Positions 36,136 through 47,000 of a DNA stretch of 49,215 nt are shown here, one piece after another. Positions within the stretch are counted from its first letter, which is position 1; every line of letters starts with the position of its first letter. The notes beneath the pieces were generated by a model. The model was not told the DNA's origin. It did not search any database and saw nothing but the letters and a program-made list of their open reading frames with translations. The stretch lies in the sequence record SRR20825010_1. One strand, 5' to 3'. Made by a program: the position numbers and the translations under genes.

Positions 36136-37602
36136 TCAAAGCGTTTTGAGATATTCCAAAACCGCTCGCTTTTCCGCTTCGTTTAATTCGTCGGGATAGT
36201 CGTGGCCGGAGGCACTTTTGCCAAACCGACGGGTGTCAAAATAGCTGCGTCGAATCAGGACGTCGGGCTGGAACAAAGGCGTTTTCTCAGCCAATTCAAT
36301 CTGAAAACCAACTCGCTCACGATCGATCGCTTCTTCGGATCGTCTCCATACAACAGGTCGCTCCTCGGGGTGTAGGACATGCCATAGAGTCGGAACGCTG
36401 CCGTTGTGGAAATACGGTGGGCTAGCCCATACGCCATCTAAAGGCGGCGCGACGTAGCCGTCAGGATTGACCAGCGTTTTCTGCGAGTTTCCGGGCCCGA
36501 GTTCAGCGAACCAGGAATCGGCGTACTTCTGACGACCTTCGCTGGGAAGGGCTTCGAAACGGACGGGATCGGTTCCAATCTCATCGATCGAAACCATTTG
36601 GTTCGGGTAGCTTCCGCCGTCATCGCCGTAAGTTCCGTGGCAACGCGAGCAGGTTTGTTCGAACAAATGACGTCCGGTTTCGGCGAGGTCTTCATCGATC
36701 GGGCCGTCGTACTTCGGTGCCCGTAATGAGGACAGGAACGCGAAAACGTTTCGGAAGTCGTTTTCATGTTCGCGATAAAAATCGGGGCCGTTTTCGGGGA
36801 CCAGCGTGAACTGCATCAACCCGCGATGCCCCTTTTGTGCGAACCCATCAATGTAGAGGTACGGTCGTTTGTAGAAGTGCCACCAAGGCGGAGCGTCCAT
36901 GTCGTGATGAACGAATGTCTGAGGTGTCTTTTGGACGAGATTCAGTTGCGAATCCCGGTAATGCATCAGCCCCATGCCGAACACCACTGCATTGGTGGTT
37001 CCGTTGGTCGTACCCAGGGGAATGACCAGCGAACCCAACTCCATTCGGCCCAGCGGTTTGCCCAATCGAAACTTGGTGCTGCGGACTTCTTCGGTGAGCG
37101 TTTGAAGTGCGTAACGGTTGTTGGGGGCACCTGGCGTTGGCGTCCCGTAGACGGAACCACCGTGGCAAGAGAGGCAATTCATCGTCCAGTTGCCGTCTTC
37201 ATCAACGACATACTGCATTGACGGGCCGACGGAGTGCTGTTCTTCCGCAGAATGAAACGTTGCGACGCCGTCGTCTCGCATGACCAATTCGGGACGCTCT
37301 GACAATCCGTAGCGATGATAGATCGCTCGCAGTCGGTCTTCCGGTGACGCGTTTTCGACCTTTTCGCGAGCCTCATCGGGCCAGCTTCTCCAGATGTCGT
37401 TAATCACTTCCTGAGAAAAGTCGCTGGGCAACAACGCTTTTCGAGTCAGCACTTCCCAGCCGAGCTCGATCGCGCGAGCGTCCGACCACGAGGCATTGCC
37501 CTGCGGATTCGCCGAAGTCTTCGCGAATTCGGTGGCGTGAACACTCGGGGAAATGGCAGGCAACGCGAGCAAAAAAACGCAACCGGCAATCAGCCGACGC
37601 AT
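36136..37602 (-). CDS. Secreted di-heme cytochrome c, RoxA/MauG/CCP-superfamily-like
   Basis: CLSCH and CSRCH heme sites, IGTDP, YVAPPLDGVWASPPYFHNGSVPTL, GH..EKRAVLEYLKTL. Start placed at the signal peptide MRRLIAG. Confidence 0.82.
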   Translation of the reverse strand: MRRLIAGCVFLLALPAISPSVHATEFAKTSANPQGNASWSDARAIELGWEVLTRKALLPSDFSQEVINDIWRSWPDEAREKVENASPEDRLRAIYHRYGLSERPELVMRDDGVATFHSAEEQHSVGPSMQYVVDEDGNWTMNCLSCHGGSVYGTPTPGAPNNRYALQTLTEEVRSTKFRLGKPLGRMELGSLVIPLGTTNGTTNAVVFGMGLMHYRDSQLNLVQKTPQTFVHHDMDAPPWWHFYKRPYLYIDGFAQKGHRGLMQFTLVPENGPDFYREHENDFRNVFAFLSSLRAPKYDGPIDEDLAETGRHLFEQTCSRCHGTYGDDGGSYPNQMVSIDEIGTDPVRFEALPSEGRQKYADSWFAELGPGNSQKTLVNPDGYVAPPLDGVWASPPYFHNGSVPTLWHVLHPEERPVVWRRSEEAIDRERVGFQIELAEKTPLFQPDVLIRRSYFDTRRFGKSASGHDYPDELNEAEKRAVLEYLKTL

Positions 37603-37935
37603 TTTCGCGAAGTGGTGGCTATCGAGCTGGGAACAACAACGAATCATCGATTCAAATCGCTGGAAGAATGGATGCGACCGGGAATTCAACTTGCGGGATC
37701 GAGTTTGAAGCAATCCGCGAGTCTGGAGAGGGACCGTGTAGCCCGAGTCAGTTTAACAGTGCGTCCACCGTCGCAGTTCAGTGATTGTCCGATTCGCAGG
37801 AAACGGATGTGATCGGATCGCATTGAACGGCATTGAACTCCAGTGTCGGTCTGCTCTTGTGTCGGGTTCTCTGGATTGGCTACTTCCTGAAGTAATCGTG
37901 GCCAACCAACTTACGACGAACGCATTCGTACGCTC

Positions 37936-39666
37936 ATGAACGCAACTACCGCTCTCCAACGCTGCCGATTCGGGTTGGTGTGGATCACGCTGTCGCTGAC
38001 CGCCGCTGGCGGATGCACATCGTTTTGGAAACGTGATCAGAACGACCCGTCGAACAATCCAAAATTGGCCAAATTGCTGAAGGTTCCTGATCCGCCGGAT
38101 TTAATTCGAGAAGCGGCCATTCCTCATGGAATGCAAAGCGTTCGCGTCAATGGCGTTGCGATTGTCAACGCGTTGCCCGACACCGGCGGCCCCGCATTGC
38201 CTTCTACCTTTCGCGATATGTTGCTGGAGGAGATGAAACGGAAAGAAATTCCAAATCCAAATGATTTCCTGGAACTCAACACCACCGCGCTTGTTCAAGT
38301 GCTGGGAACGATTCCACCAGGATCACGTCGTGGCGACACGATCGATTTGGAAATCTTGACCCCTACGAAAACCGAAGCGACCGACCTACACGGTGGTTGG
38401 CTGCTTGACACTCGCCTGCGTCACCAAAAAGTTCTCGACAGTGCCGTTCGCAGCAGCGATGTGTTGGCGGTTGGTACCGGACCCGTGCTCACGCGAGGCG
38501 ATCACGAAGGCGAAGCAGACGGTGCGTTGCGAGTCCAAGGTACGGTCTTGTCCGGCGGTGTCGTGCAGAACGATCGCAAGTTGGGATTGGTTTTGCGGCC
38601 TGATTTTCAACACGTCAAAATGTCGGCGGCAATCGCTCAAGCCATCAACCATCGCTTCTACTTCTTTGACGGATCAACTCGTCGTGGCATCGCCGAACCG
38701 ATCGAAGACGACTTCATTCAGTTGGATGTCCATCCTCGCTACCGCAACAGTGTCTCCCGCTTGATGGCGGTTATTCGTGCGATTGGTGTCGCACCTGAAT
38801 CATCCAACACGCAGGTGCGTCTGACGGAACTTGGCGAACGCATGAAGCTGCCTGCGAAGGCTGCCGATGCGGCGTTGCAGTTGGAAGGGCTCGGCGAACC
38901 AGCCATTCCAACATTGCTGGATGCGGTTCAGTCGTCCAACCCCGAATTGCGTTTCTATGCCGCGGAAGCGTTGGCTTACTTAGATCGCGAAGAAGCGGTG
39001 GATCCTTTGATCGCGGCAATTCGTGCGGAGCCCGCGTTCCGTGCGCCAGCGCTCAAAGCACTCGAAGACATGCAACACCACAACGTGGTTGAGGGTCTGC
39101 AGCGCTTGATGGATTCGCCCAGCTTGGAGACTCGCTATGGCGGATTCAGCACACTGCGAAATCGTGAAGATGGCCGACAAAAACTCGCCGGACAAAATCT
39201 TCGTGGAACCTATCGGCTGTATCAAGTTGCATCGACCGCGAAACCCGCCGTCGTGGTATCGCTGCGTCGCAATCCAGAGATCGTTTTGTTCGGCGATGTT
39301 CAGCCATTGCAGATCGAAACGTTCTTCTTAGGCCCATCGGGGATCATGATTCGCTCCGTGCCTGAAACCGGACAGCTTCGGATCAGCCGTTTTCAAGCGG
39401 GCAAAGACGATGCGTTTGCCGAAGTCGACAACACGCTCGCTGGGATGCTGGAAGGCCTGACGGAAGTCGGCGGAGGCTATGGCGATGCGGTTGCACTGCT
39501 GAGGATGGCCAAGACACAAGGCATCCTGCCCGATCAGTTGGCTTTCGATCCGCTGCCAAAGAACCTGAGAACCTATTATCGCAACGAAGGTTCTGACGAA
39601 GACGACTCGGACGAGGATAGCAAGGGATTCGCGAGTGACTCCGATGAAGAATCCGACGGAGTCTGA
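37936..39666 (+). CDS. FlgI (P-ring)-like lipoprotein with HEAT repeats
   Basis: Lipobox-like AGG-C; VNGVAIVNALPDTGG, TALVQVLGTIPPGSRRGDTIDL and DLHGGWLLDTRL resemble the FlgI N-terminus; HEAT-like ELRFYAAEALAYL and FRAPALKAL; acidic tail. Confidence 0.75.
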   Translation: MNATTALQRCRFGLVWITLSLTAAGGCTSFWKRDQNDPSNNPKLAKLLKVPDPPDLIREAAIPHGMQSVRVNGVAIVNALPDTGGPALPSTFRDMLLEEMKRKEIPNPNDFLELNTTALVQVLGTIPPGSRRGDTIDLEILTPTKTEATDLHGGWLLDTRLRHQKVLDSAVRSSDVLAVGTGPVLTRGDHEGEADGALRVQGTVLSGGVVQNDRKLGLVLRPDFQHVKMSAAIAQAINHRFYFFDGSTRRGIAEPIEDDFIQLDVHPRYRNSVSRLMAVIRAIGVAPESSNTQVRLTELGERMKLPAKAADAALQLEGLGEPAIPTLLDAVQSSNPELRFYAAEALAYLDREEAVDPLIAAIRAEPAFRAPALKALEDMQHHNVVEGLQRLMDSPSLETRYGGFSTLRNREDGRQKLAGQNLRGTYRLYQVASTAKPAVVVSLRRNPEIVLFGDVQPLQIETFFLGPSGIMIRSVPETGQLRISRFQAGKDDAFAEVDNTLAGMLEGLTEVGGGYGDAVALLRMAKTQGILPDQLAFDPLPKNLRTYYRNEGSDEDDSDEDSKGFASDSDEESDGV

Positions 39667-40292
39667 TCGTCGCCGCTTTGTTTCCGCAGTTGCTTGCTCT
39701 GCCGCCCTCGCCCCGTCAGTCTCACGATGGGGTAGATGCACATTGCCAGCACCATCAAAAGGATGTTGAGCAGAACTCCTTGGATGAGAGTGGTAAAGAC
39801 GGTGGAAATGAACCCTAATCCCGTGCCGTCGTTGAGCTGTGAGATGGAGGTGACGGTCACCACCGCAATCATTCCGGTGAACATGTCGACAATCATTCCG
39901 GCCGGAAGAATGACCGAAACGATCAGGCGGAGTATGTAAACCGTCCGCAAGGTGATCCTGATGTTCCGGTACCGTCGCCACGGCCGATTTCGCGTGACCA
40001 GATCGGCCCAAACGTAACCGGCGACGAAGATCGCAATCCCGGTGACCATCCCCAGAAATTGTCCTTCGGTGACGTTTAGCCCGATCACAAAACTGGGGAC
40101 CGCGGCGATGCCGCAGACCAATGCCCACCGCAGAATGGTGGAAGGCAACGTCGGAAACGGCTTTTCCTCGAGAGGAATGTCCAGCAACAGCTCTTGATCG
40201 TCGTCGTCTCCCTCTTTTAGAGGGCCCGTCGCGTAGGGGTTCGGTGGGTCGACGACATCAGGCGGGGCGGCATTGTCAGTGTCGGAATTCAT
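39576..40292 (-). CDS. Hypothetical membrane protein with N-terminal NPY motif
   Basis: Acidic/Pro N-terminus (PPNPYATG), four to five TM helices; overlaps the 3' end of the FlgI-like gene. Confidence 0.65.
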   Translation of the reverse strand: MNSDTDNAAPPDVVDPPNPYATGPLKEGDDDDQELLLDIPLEEKPFPTLPSTILRWALVCGIAAVPSFVIGLNVTEGQFLGMVTGIAIFVAGYVWADLVTRNRPWRRYRNIRITLRTVYILRLIVSVILPAGMIVDMFTGMIAVVTVTSISQLNDGTGLGFISTVFTTLIQGVLLNILLMVLAMCIYPIVRLTGRGRQSKQLRKQSGDDQTPSDSSSESLANPLLSSSESSSSEPSLR

Positions 40293-40395
40293 GCAACCAG
40301 CATAACCGGTTCGGTTGCTTTACACGGAAGTGCTCGCCAATTCTCTGGCGTCGCGGCAAACGTTTCATTCGTCCTGATCCGGCCACGCGGATAGA

Positions 40396-43300
40396 ATGAA
40401 ACCCATGTTTCCTTCCTATCGCTTTGCTGGCATGACCGTGCACCCATCACCCACACCACAAAGAACTTGGACGCTTCTCTCGTTTGCGATCGCTGCGTTG
40501 TTGACCTTTGGTGCAGCGAATTGCACCGAGGCTCAAGTCGTCGGCGGAGGAAACACGGGCAACCAGTATCCGCCGCAAAACTATTACACGGCGCTGGAAA
40601 TTTATCGCGACGGCGACATGAAGAACGCCATCAATGCGTTTGAGTCGGCGCTTCGTAGTTCGCGAACGGACGTCAACGGCAAATGGATCGATGCGATTCC
40701 GGTGCATGCGATGTTGGCCGAATGTTATTGGCACCTTGGGCACTTGCCTCTTTGCCGAACGCATCTGGACGCGGGAATGCAGATCACGGTCCGCAACCGA
40801 GGTTGGTTGGGTGCGATCGATTGGAACGGTTTGGATCAAGGTGGCGCCATCAGGGCCGGGGCGACGAACCTGTGGCCGGAGGCCAACGCGGTGCGGCTGG
40901 CTCCGGTTCCAAAAGGATTGATGCTTCACAGCGGCGAAATCTTGACCGAACAGCGGTTGCAACAAGGTGGCCGCATTGAGAATCAGAATTTGAAACGCGT
41001 CGACGCGATTGAAATCATGCGATCGATTGCGTTGATGATGTATCGACGCCGAGTTGTGATGGGCGAACTGTCCGCTCAAGAACCCTTGGCCGCAGAGCTG
41101 ATGGAGTCGACCAAATACCCGAGCGGTTTGAATTCGCCCGGCGGTCGATCATTGATCGGTGCAATGCGAGGTGTCGGGCAGCTAGCTGTTTCAGAAGACT
41201 CGACGGTTGTGGATCGCGTCGGGAAATACTCGACGCTTGGTGGTGCCGTGCATCCGATTACGCCGTTGATGTTGCTGGCGGGAATGACGGTCGGCGTTTC
41301 TGGTGACGCAACTGGTGCACTGGATCCAAACATGGCAGCGGGATTGGTGGCAACCAGCCAACAAGCCGTCAATTCCGCGGCGGCACTGGAACAGTACGAA
41401 TTCATTGGAGAAGCCTTGCAGTTGGCAGTTGGTGCGGCCGGACCACAGCAATACGGAAAGGTCGAGCAGACCGCGTTGCTTGCAGGACGCACATTGATTC
41501 GCGAATCTCGTCTCGCTTCGCTGCATTGCTATCTCGTCGCGGCGGATGCTGCGATCAGTGCCGGGCGAGTCGATGCGGCTGCGGAGTCGATGACACTGGC
41601 GATCGAAATTGCATCCCGGCGCGATGTGGATTTTCCGCGTTTGGAAGCCTACGGTGCCTATGTTGCGGCTCGGATTGCCGCCGCCCGTGGTGAATCACTC
41701 GGTGGCCCGGAAGGCAAACTGTCCAACGCGATGGGATCGTTGAATGAGTTCGTGAACAATCGACGGGACCGCAACCGACCGGTCATCTCAATGCCATCGC
41801 ACTACCAACTGAGTTTGGTGCAATCCATGATGGGACGGTCGATCGGTAACCAGTCGACCAAGAGCTTGTTGGACTACTTCACCTCGCCCGTGTCGTTGCC
41901 AACATGGCGGCGAGACCCAGTGGACGCGATTGCATTGATCGGTCTTGATTCGACACCTTTGCATCGTGGTCGGTTGGAATTGGCCGTGGCGGAAAACAAC
42001 GGGTTGGATGTGCTGAAGTCCACCGACCGAATTCATGCGGCACGTCTGGCTTCTGCTTTGCCGCTGCGAGGTCGCTTGATGGACGTTCGGTCTTTGGTGA
42101 CGGATCCGGTCGAATCGTTTTGGCCGTCCACCAAAGACATGGTGGTGCAACCGCCGCAGATGATCGCCGAGTTGCGTCAGAGAGTTCAAACGTCTCTGCG
42201 AGAAGGGGCGGACGATACTGAACCGCGAGCCGCTGCGGTCGCCAGTGTGCAAGAATCGCTTGTCACCCAGATTGCACTTCAGCGGTTGCGAATTCCTTCG
42301 ATCTGTCCGCCGTCGGTTGCATCGGAGGATGCCGCGGCGCTTCCACCGGGGACTGGGTTGCTGACCTTTGTGGTGGATGGACCTCGTTTGGTCGCTACGC
42401 TTTCGCGAGACGGTGACACGACCGGATGGATTTCACCCGCCGGACGTCGCATCCCAACAATCATCTCGAAGTTGTTGGCAGACATTGGTGCCAACCGAAG
42501 TCGCGGCAAGCGGTTGCCTGACGATGAGTCGTGGCGCGATACCGCTGCGAAGCTGAAAGAAGTGTTGTTTCCACCAAACTCGGGTTGGAACGAAACCGGG
42601 CTGGAGAATCTGGTGATCGTTCCTGATGGGCCACTGTGGTATTTGCCATTTGAATTGCTGCCCGCCAGCGATGGTCCAGACGTGACCGAAGAAGAGAACG
42701 ACGATGCGGCGGATGATGCCGAAGCCGATCGCGATCCGCTTTCACCCGGACAACTTTGGGCCGACACGATCAAACTCAGCTACGCCCCCACGCCGGGGTT
42801 GGCACTTCGGGAAGTCGGTGCCGCGAGTGAAGCGAATCGAGTGGCGGTGATGGCTGGAACGTTCTTCGCACCTCGCCAAAAAGAACTGAACGATCAAATG
42901 ATCGAGGAGATGTTGGCAGCGGCGGATGACCCGTTGCAATGGACGATCGGTTCCGCACCACCGACCGATCGAGTCGGCTTGGGCGTGGCTCACTTGATTG
43001 TCGCATCGCCACTGACACCAAACGTCACGGCGCCGATGGCGACGACGACCATCCCCAGCACCACGTCCACGCCGCGATCGGATGCCAGCGGTCAATGGGA
43101 TCAGTTGTTCGGTTGGGTTCGTCTTCCCGCCGGTGGTCCGCGGACGGTTGCACTTCCTGGATACCGAACGGCAGCGGGCGCGGCAAAGCTTGGCGATGGA
43201 TCGGAGCTCTTCTTTCCTCTCGCCGCGCTTCGTTGTAGTGGCGTGAAAGAGATCACGCTGAGTCGATGGGTCACCGGAGGCCATTCAGCCGCGACGGTGA

Positions 43301-43521
43301 TCGGTGAATTAATCAATGAAACACCTCACACATCGCTTGCGTCAGCGACACGCCGCGGAGTGTCGTTGCTTCGGCAAGCGGAACTTGCCGTCGCCGGCGA
43401 ACCATTGCTCGGCAAAGCGGATGAGGATTCTCAGGACATCACGGGGAATCAGCCGTTGTTCTGGGCCACGTATCTGACGTCAGGGTCAATTGGATTGCCC
43501 GCTCCGAAGAGCGATGAGTGA
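40396..43521 (+). CDS. Secreted TPR-like/helical protein with C-terminal CHAT-like domain
   Basis: Signal peptide, helical repeats, LVIVPDGPLWYLPFELL, LSYAPT, ITLSRW, PLFWATY as in CHAT domains. Confidence 0.78.
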   Translation: MKPMFPSYRFAGMTVHPSPTPQRTWTLLSFAIAALLTFGAANCTEAQVVGGGNTGNQYPPQNYYTALEIYRDGDMKNAINAFESALRSSRTDVNGKWIDAIPVHAMLAECYWHLGHLPLCRTHLDAGMQITVRNRGWLGAIDWNGLDQGGAIRAGATNLWPEANAVRLAPVPKGLMLHSGEILTEQRLQQGGRIENQNLKRVDAIEIMRSIALMMYRRRVVMGELSAQEPLAAELMESTKYPSGLNSPGGRSLIGAMRGVGQLAVSEDSTVVDRVGKYSTLGGAVHPITPLMLLAGMTVGVSGDATGALDPNMAAGLVATSQQAVNSAAALEQYEFIGEALQLAVGAAGPQQYGKVEQTALLAGRTLIRESRLASLHCYLVAADAAISAGRVDAAAESMTLAIEIASRRDVDFPRLEAYGAYVAARIAAARGESLGGPEGKLSNAMGSLNEFVNNRRDRNRPVISMPSHYQLSLVQSMMGRSIGNQSTKSLLDYFTSPVSLPTWRRDPVDAIALIGLDSTPLHRGRLELAVAENNGLDVLKSTDRIHAARLASALPLRGRLMDVRSLVTDPVESFWPSTKDMVVQPPQMIAELRQRVQTSLREGADDTEPRAAAVASVQESLVTQIALQRLRIPSICPPSVASEDAAALPPGTGLLTFVVDGPRLVATLSRDGDTTGWISPAGRRIPTIISKLLADIGANRSRGKRLPDDESWRDTAAKLKEVLFPPNSGWNETGLENLVIVPDGPLWYLPFELLPASDGPDVTEEENDDAADDAEADRDPLSPGQLWADTIKLSYAPTPGLALREVGAASEANRVAVMAGTFFAPRQKELNDQMIEEMLAAADDPLQWTIGSAPPTDRVGLGVAHLIVASPLTPNVTAPMATTTIPSTTSTPRSDASGQWDQLFGWVRLPAGGPRTVALPGYRTAAGAAKLGDGSELFFPLAALRCSGVKEITLSRWVTGGHSAATVIGELINETPHTSLASATRRGVSLLRQAELAVAGEPLLGKADEDSQDITGNQPLFWATYLTSGSIGLPAPKSDE

Positions 43522-43604
43522 CATCGTGGCTGCACGACGCGGAGGGGCCATTCCTCCTGTTATGATTGTGGAACACCATCCGTGTTTTGCTCATTTGCAT
43601 CGCC

Positions 43605-43985
43605 ATGATCAACCCGTACCAACCACCTGAATCGGCGCCCGCGAATCGGACTCACGACTGTCCTGTTTGCGGAGGGCCGGTCGGCTTTTGGCGTTTCGTA
43701 TTCCCGCTGGGATATTGCGAGCATTGCCGCAACTATCTCACGATCCGTCACTGGGATCGAAAACCGTGGATTTGGTCAATCACCGTCATCGGAATCATCG
43801 TCATTCCGAACATTCTTCGTTCGTACCGATACATCACGTTCACGCCACCGATCGGCACCCTCTTGATACTTTGGTTTGCTGCCTCCATTGTGCACAGCAA
43901 ACTTTACGGGCGGCTCGTCCCAGCCTATTGCTGGGGCTTCTTTGCGGTGCAGAATGACGACCGAATCATCGCGGAAGATGGCTGA
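43605..43985 (+). CDS. Small membrane protein with zinc-ribbon
   Basis: MINPYQPP start, CPVC...CEHC, two TM helices; extended -10 TGtTATGAT at 43558-43566. Confidence 0.6.
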   Translation: MINPYQPPESAPANRTHDCPVCGGPVGFWRFVFPLGYCEHCRNYLTIRHWDRKPWIWSITVIGIIVIPNILRSYRYITFTPPIGTLLILWFAASIVHSKLYGRLVPAYCWGFFAVQNDDRIIAEDG

Positions 43986-44004
43986 GACTCGACGGTGCCG
44001 GATC

Positions 44005-47000
44005 TTAGGAAGGACTCCATCGCCTTCCGAACGAATACAGAACTGGCACAACGATCAACGTGAGTAGCGTTGCAAAGCTGAGTCCAGAAACCAGCAACCA
44101 CGCCATGCCTTCCCAAAGTGGTCCGCCATCAAGGGCGAGCGGAACCAATCCTCCTACCGTGGTTGCCGTGGTCAGGAAGATAGCGGTCAATCGCTGCTGT
44201 CCCGCCGATACGATCGCGTTTTGAAACTCCTCGGTCGCATCGGTATCGCTCATTTGTTTTGAATTGCTTTCTGAAACCGACATGTCCGCGAATTCGACAA
44301 ACAAGATGGCGGCGTTGAGCACGATGCCGAACAGAGCCAAGACACCTAATTGAGGCATGAAGCCGAAGGCACTGTTGGTCAGCCACAAACCTAACAAGGC
44401 ACCCGCCAGAGCGAGCGGCAAAGTCGCGACGATGATTGACGTTCGGAACAGGCTATTGAATTGCACGATCAACAAAATGATGATTGCGACAAACGACATG
44501 CCAAACGATTTTAGCATCTTGATCTGAGCCTTCTGGGATTCTTCAAGTGCCCCGCCCACTTCGACTTTGTATCCGTCGGGCAGTTCAGCTTGGAGTGCTT
44601 TCATCTCGGGCGAACTGAAAACGCCTGTTGTGATATCGTTCCCCGAGGCACCCACTTTGACTTGCGAGCGAACTTCAATGGTTCGGTTGCCATCGCGACG
44701 ATCAATCAGAGCGGGACGCCATTGCGGAACGATGCTTGCGATTGAGGCGAGCGGCAGTTTGCCCTGGCTGGTTTCAACGTGTGCGTTGGCAATCGACGAC
44801 AGGGAACGACTATCTGGTTCGAGTCGGAAATAGACGGGGATCTGGTGCTCCCCTTCGCGGTAGTAAGTCAGCAGGCGGCCCGAGAAGTAGGTGTCCAAAG
44901 TCTTCGCGACTTCCGTGTTGCTCACGCGAGCCAGATTGGCTCGATCCGATTCAACGTCAACATACAATTCTTGACTGCTAACGCCCCATGAATCGCTGAG
45001 TGAGATGGTGTCAGGATTCGAGTTCACCATTTTCTTGATGCGATCGGCTGCGTTCCGAAGAGTTTTCATGTTTGCGAAACCGTTGCCAACAACCCGCAAT
45101 ACCACGGGATCAGCCGGTGGGCCAAGCAGTAACTCAATTGGCACGACACGGGCCCCAACGATTGGCTGCAATCCTAAATCAGGATCTCCGTGGGCAATGA
45201 CGTGACGCAGTTTTTCTGCGAACTCATGTGTCAGCTTTCCGTCGGTCGTTTGAATCAAGATCTCGGCGAAATTTGGTTTCAAGGCCTCGGGTTCCCACGA
45301 CAGATACCACCTGGCACCTCCGCCGCCCACCATCGTTCGCATATTCAAAAGACGTTCTTTTTGGTTGCCGTCTTCATCTAGGAAAACGCTGCAGCGGCGA
45401 ATCATGTCTTCGACTTCTCGAGCAAGCTCATCGGTTTGAGCGATCGAAGATGATTCAGGAAGCCAGACTTCAACGGCGAATTGATTTCTTTGAGTCAATG
45501 GAAAGAACTCTGCCGAGATGGGTAGTTGCGTCGTTGCGAGCAATGCACCAAACGCGGCGGCGATCGTGATGAAACGATGTCTCAATGCCCAACGCAGTGA
45601 AGAACCATACAGCCGAAAGAAAATTCCGTCTGTTGCCGTGGCTTGAGGGGCGAGTTCGGATTGCCCTGCAGGCAACTCAGAGGAAGACGCGGTCGTACGG
45701 TGACTTCCAAATCGACGACCCAATCTGGATGAACTCAGTTTTCCCATCAGCCATGGCAGTGGCGCAGTTGGTTTGCTTGGGTCTTTCGGGGGTCGAATGA
45801 ACCAGGCCGCCAAGATCACACAAAACGTCATCGCCAGCACCCAGCTTACTGCCAGCATCACGGACAGCGTTGTTGGTAAACTGTAGATGAATTCTCGGTT
45901 GACTCCGTCCATCGCAATCAGCATGGGCACGAACGCAGCGATGGTTGTCAGCGTTCCGTTCAACATCGACTTGCCCAGCGTTTGGGCTCCTTGAACCGCT
46001 GCTTCTTTTGGCGGCATGCCGGCGATTTGGTTGGTTCTCGCTTGGTCGCAGATCTGGACGGCATTGTCGACTAGCAAACCGAGTGAAATGATCATCGAAG
46101 CCAGCGACATCTGTTCCAGTTGTACGCCAAACAAAGTCACAATCGCGAGCGATGTAAGCACGACGAATGGAATGTTAGCCGCCATGACCGCCGCAGTCCG
46201 AAACCCAACAACGAGGTAGACCACGACGACCACGATCATGATCGCCGAGATGATGTTCATCACGACTTCGCGGAGCCTTTGATTCACGCTGTCGGATTGG
46301 TCTGAAATGATTGGAACGGCCAAGTCCGGCGGCAGTTCACCACTGTTGCGAAGCTCGACAATGCGTTGTTTAGCACTGCTGCAAATGTCGACGATGTTGG
46401 CACCCGATTTCATTTGCACGGCGACCACGTTGGCGGTCGCTTCCAAATGAACGTCGCCATAGCGGCAAATTCGAGTGGGAGGATCCACATAGCCTCGTCG
46501 GACTCGAAGTCCCAGGTCTTCCAAGTGAATGGGATTGACGCCACCACGAGACGGCACACCGCTGACCACCAACCGATTGATTTCCGCGAGCGCGTTGACC
46601 TCCCCGGCTGGCTTGACGAAAAAACGTCCGTCCCCTGCATCGATTCGGCCACCTGGTTCAACAATATTTTGAGCCTGCGCCAGATCAGCGATTTGGTCGA
46701 TTGTCAATTCCAACTGAGACCAGTTGCGTTCGTCCGTTTCGACATAGATGGCTTCTTCGCGGACTCCATGACGCTCCACTTTGGCAACGCCAGGGAGCAA
46801 ACGCAGTGCGTCACGAATTCTTTCGGAGTAAATGTCCAGTTCACGGTCGGTGTAGACGAAAGCGGGATCGATCGAATCGCTGCCATCGGTCGGTTGCTGA
46901 TGGACAGCAAACAAAATGACGCTCGTGTCCGCGAATTCGTCGTTCACAAACGGAACCACAGAAGGGTCGGGCATCGGAACGTTTTCAACCCTCGCGCGAA

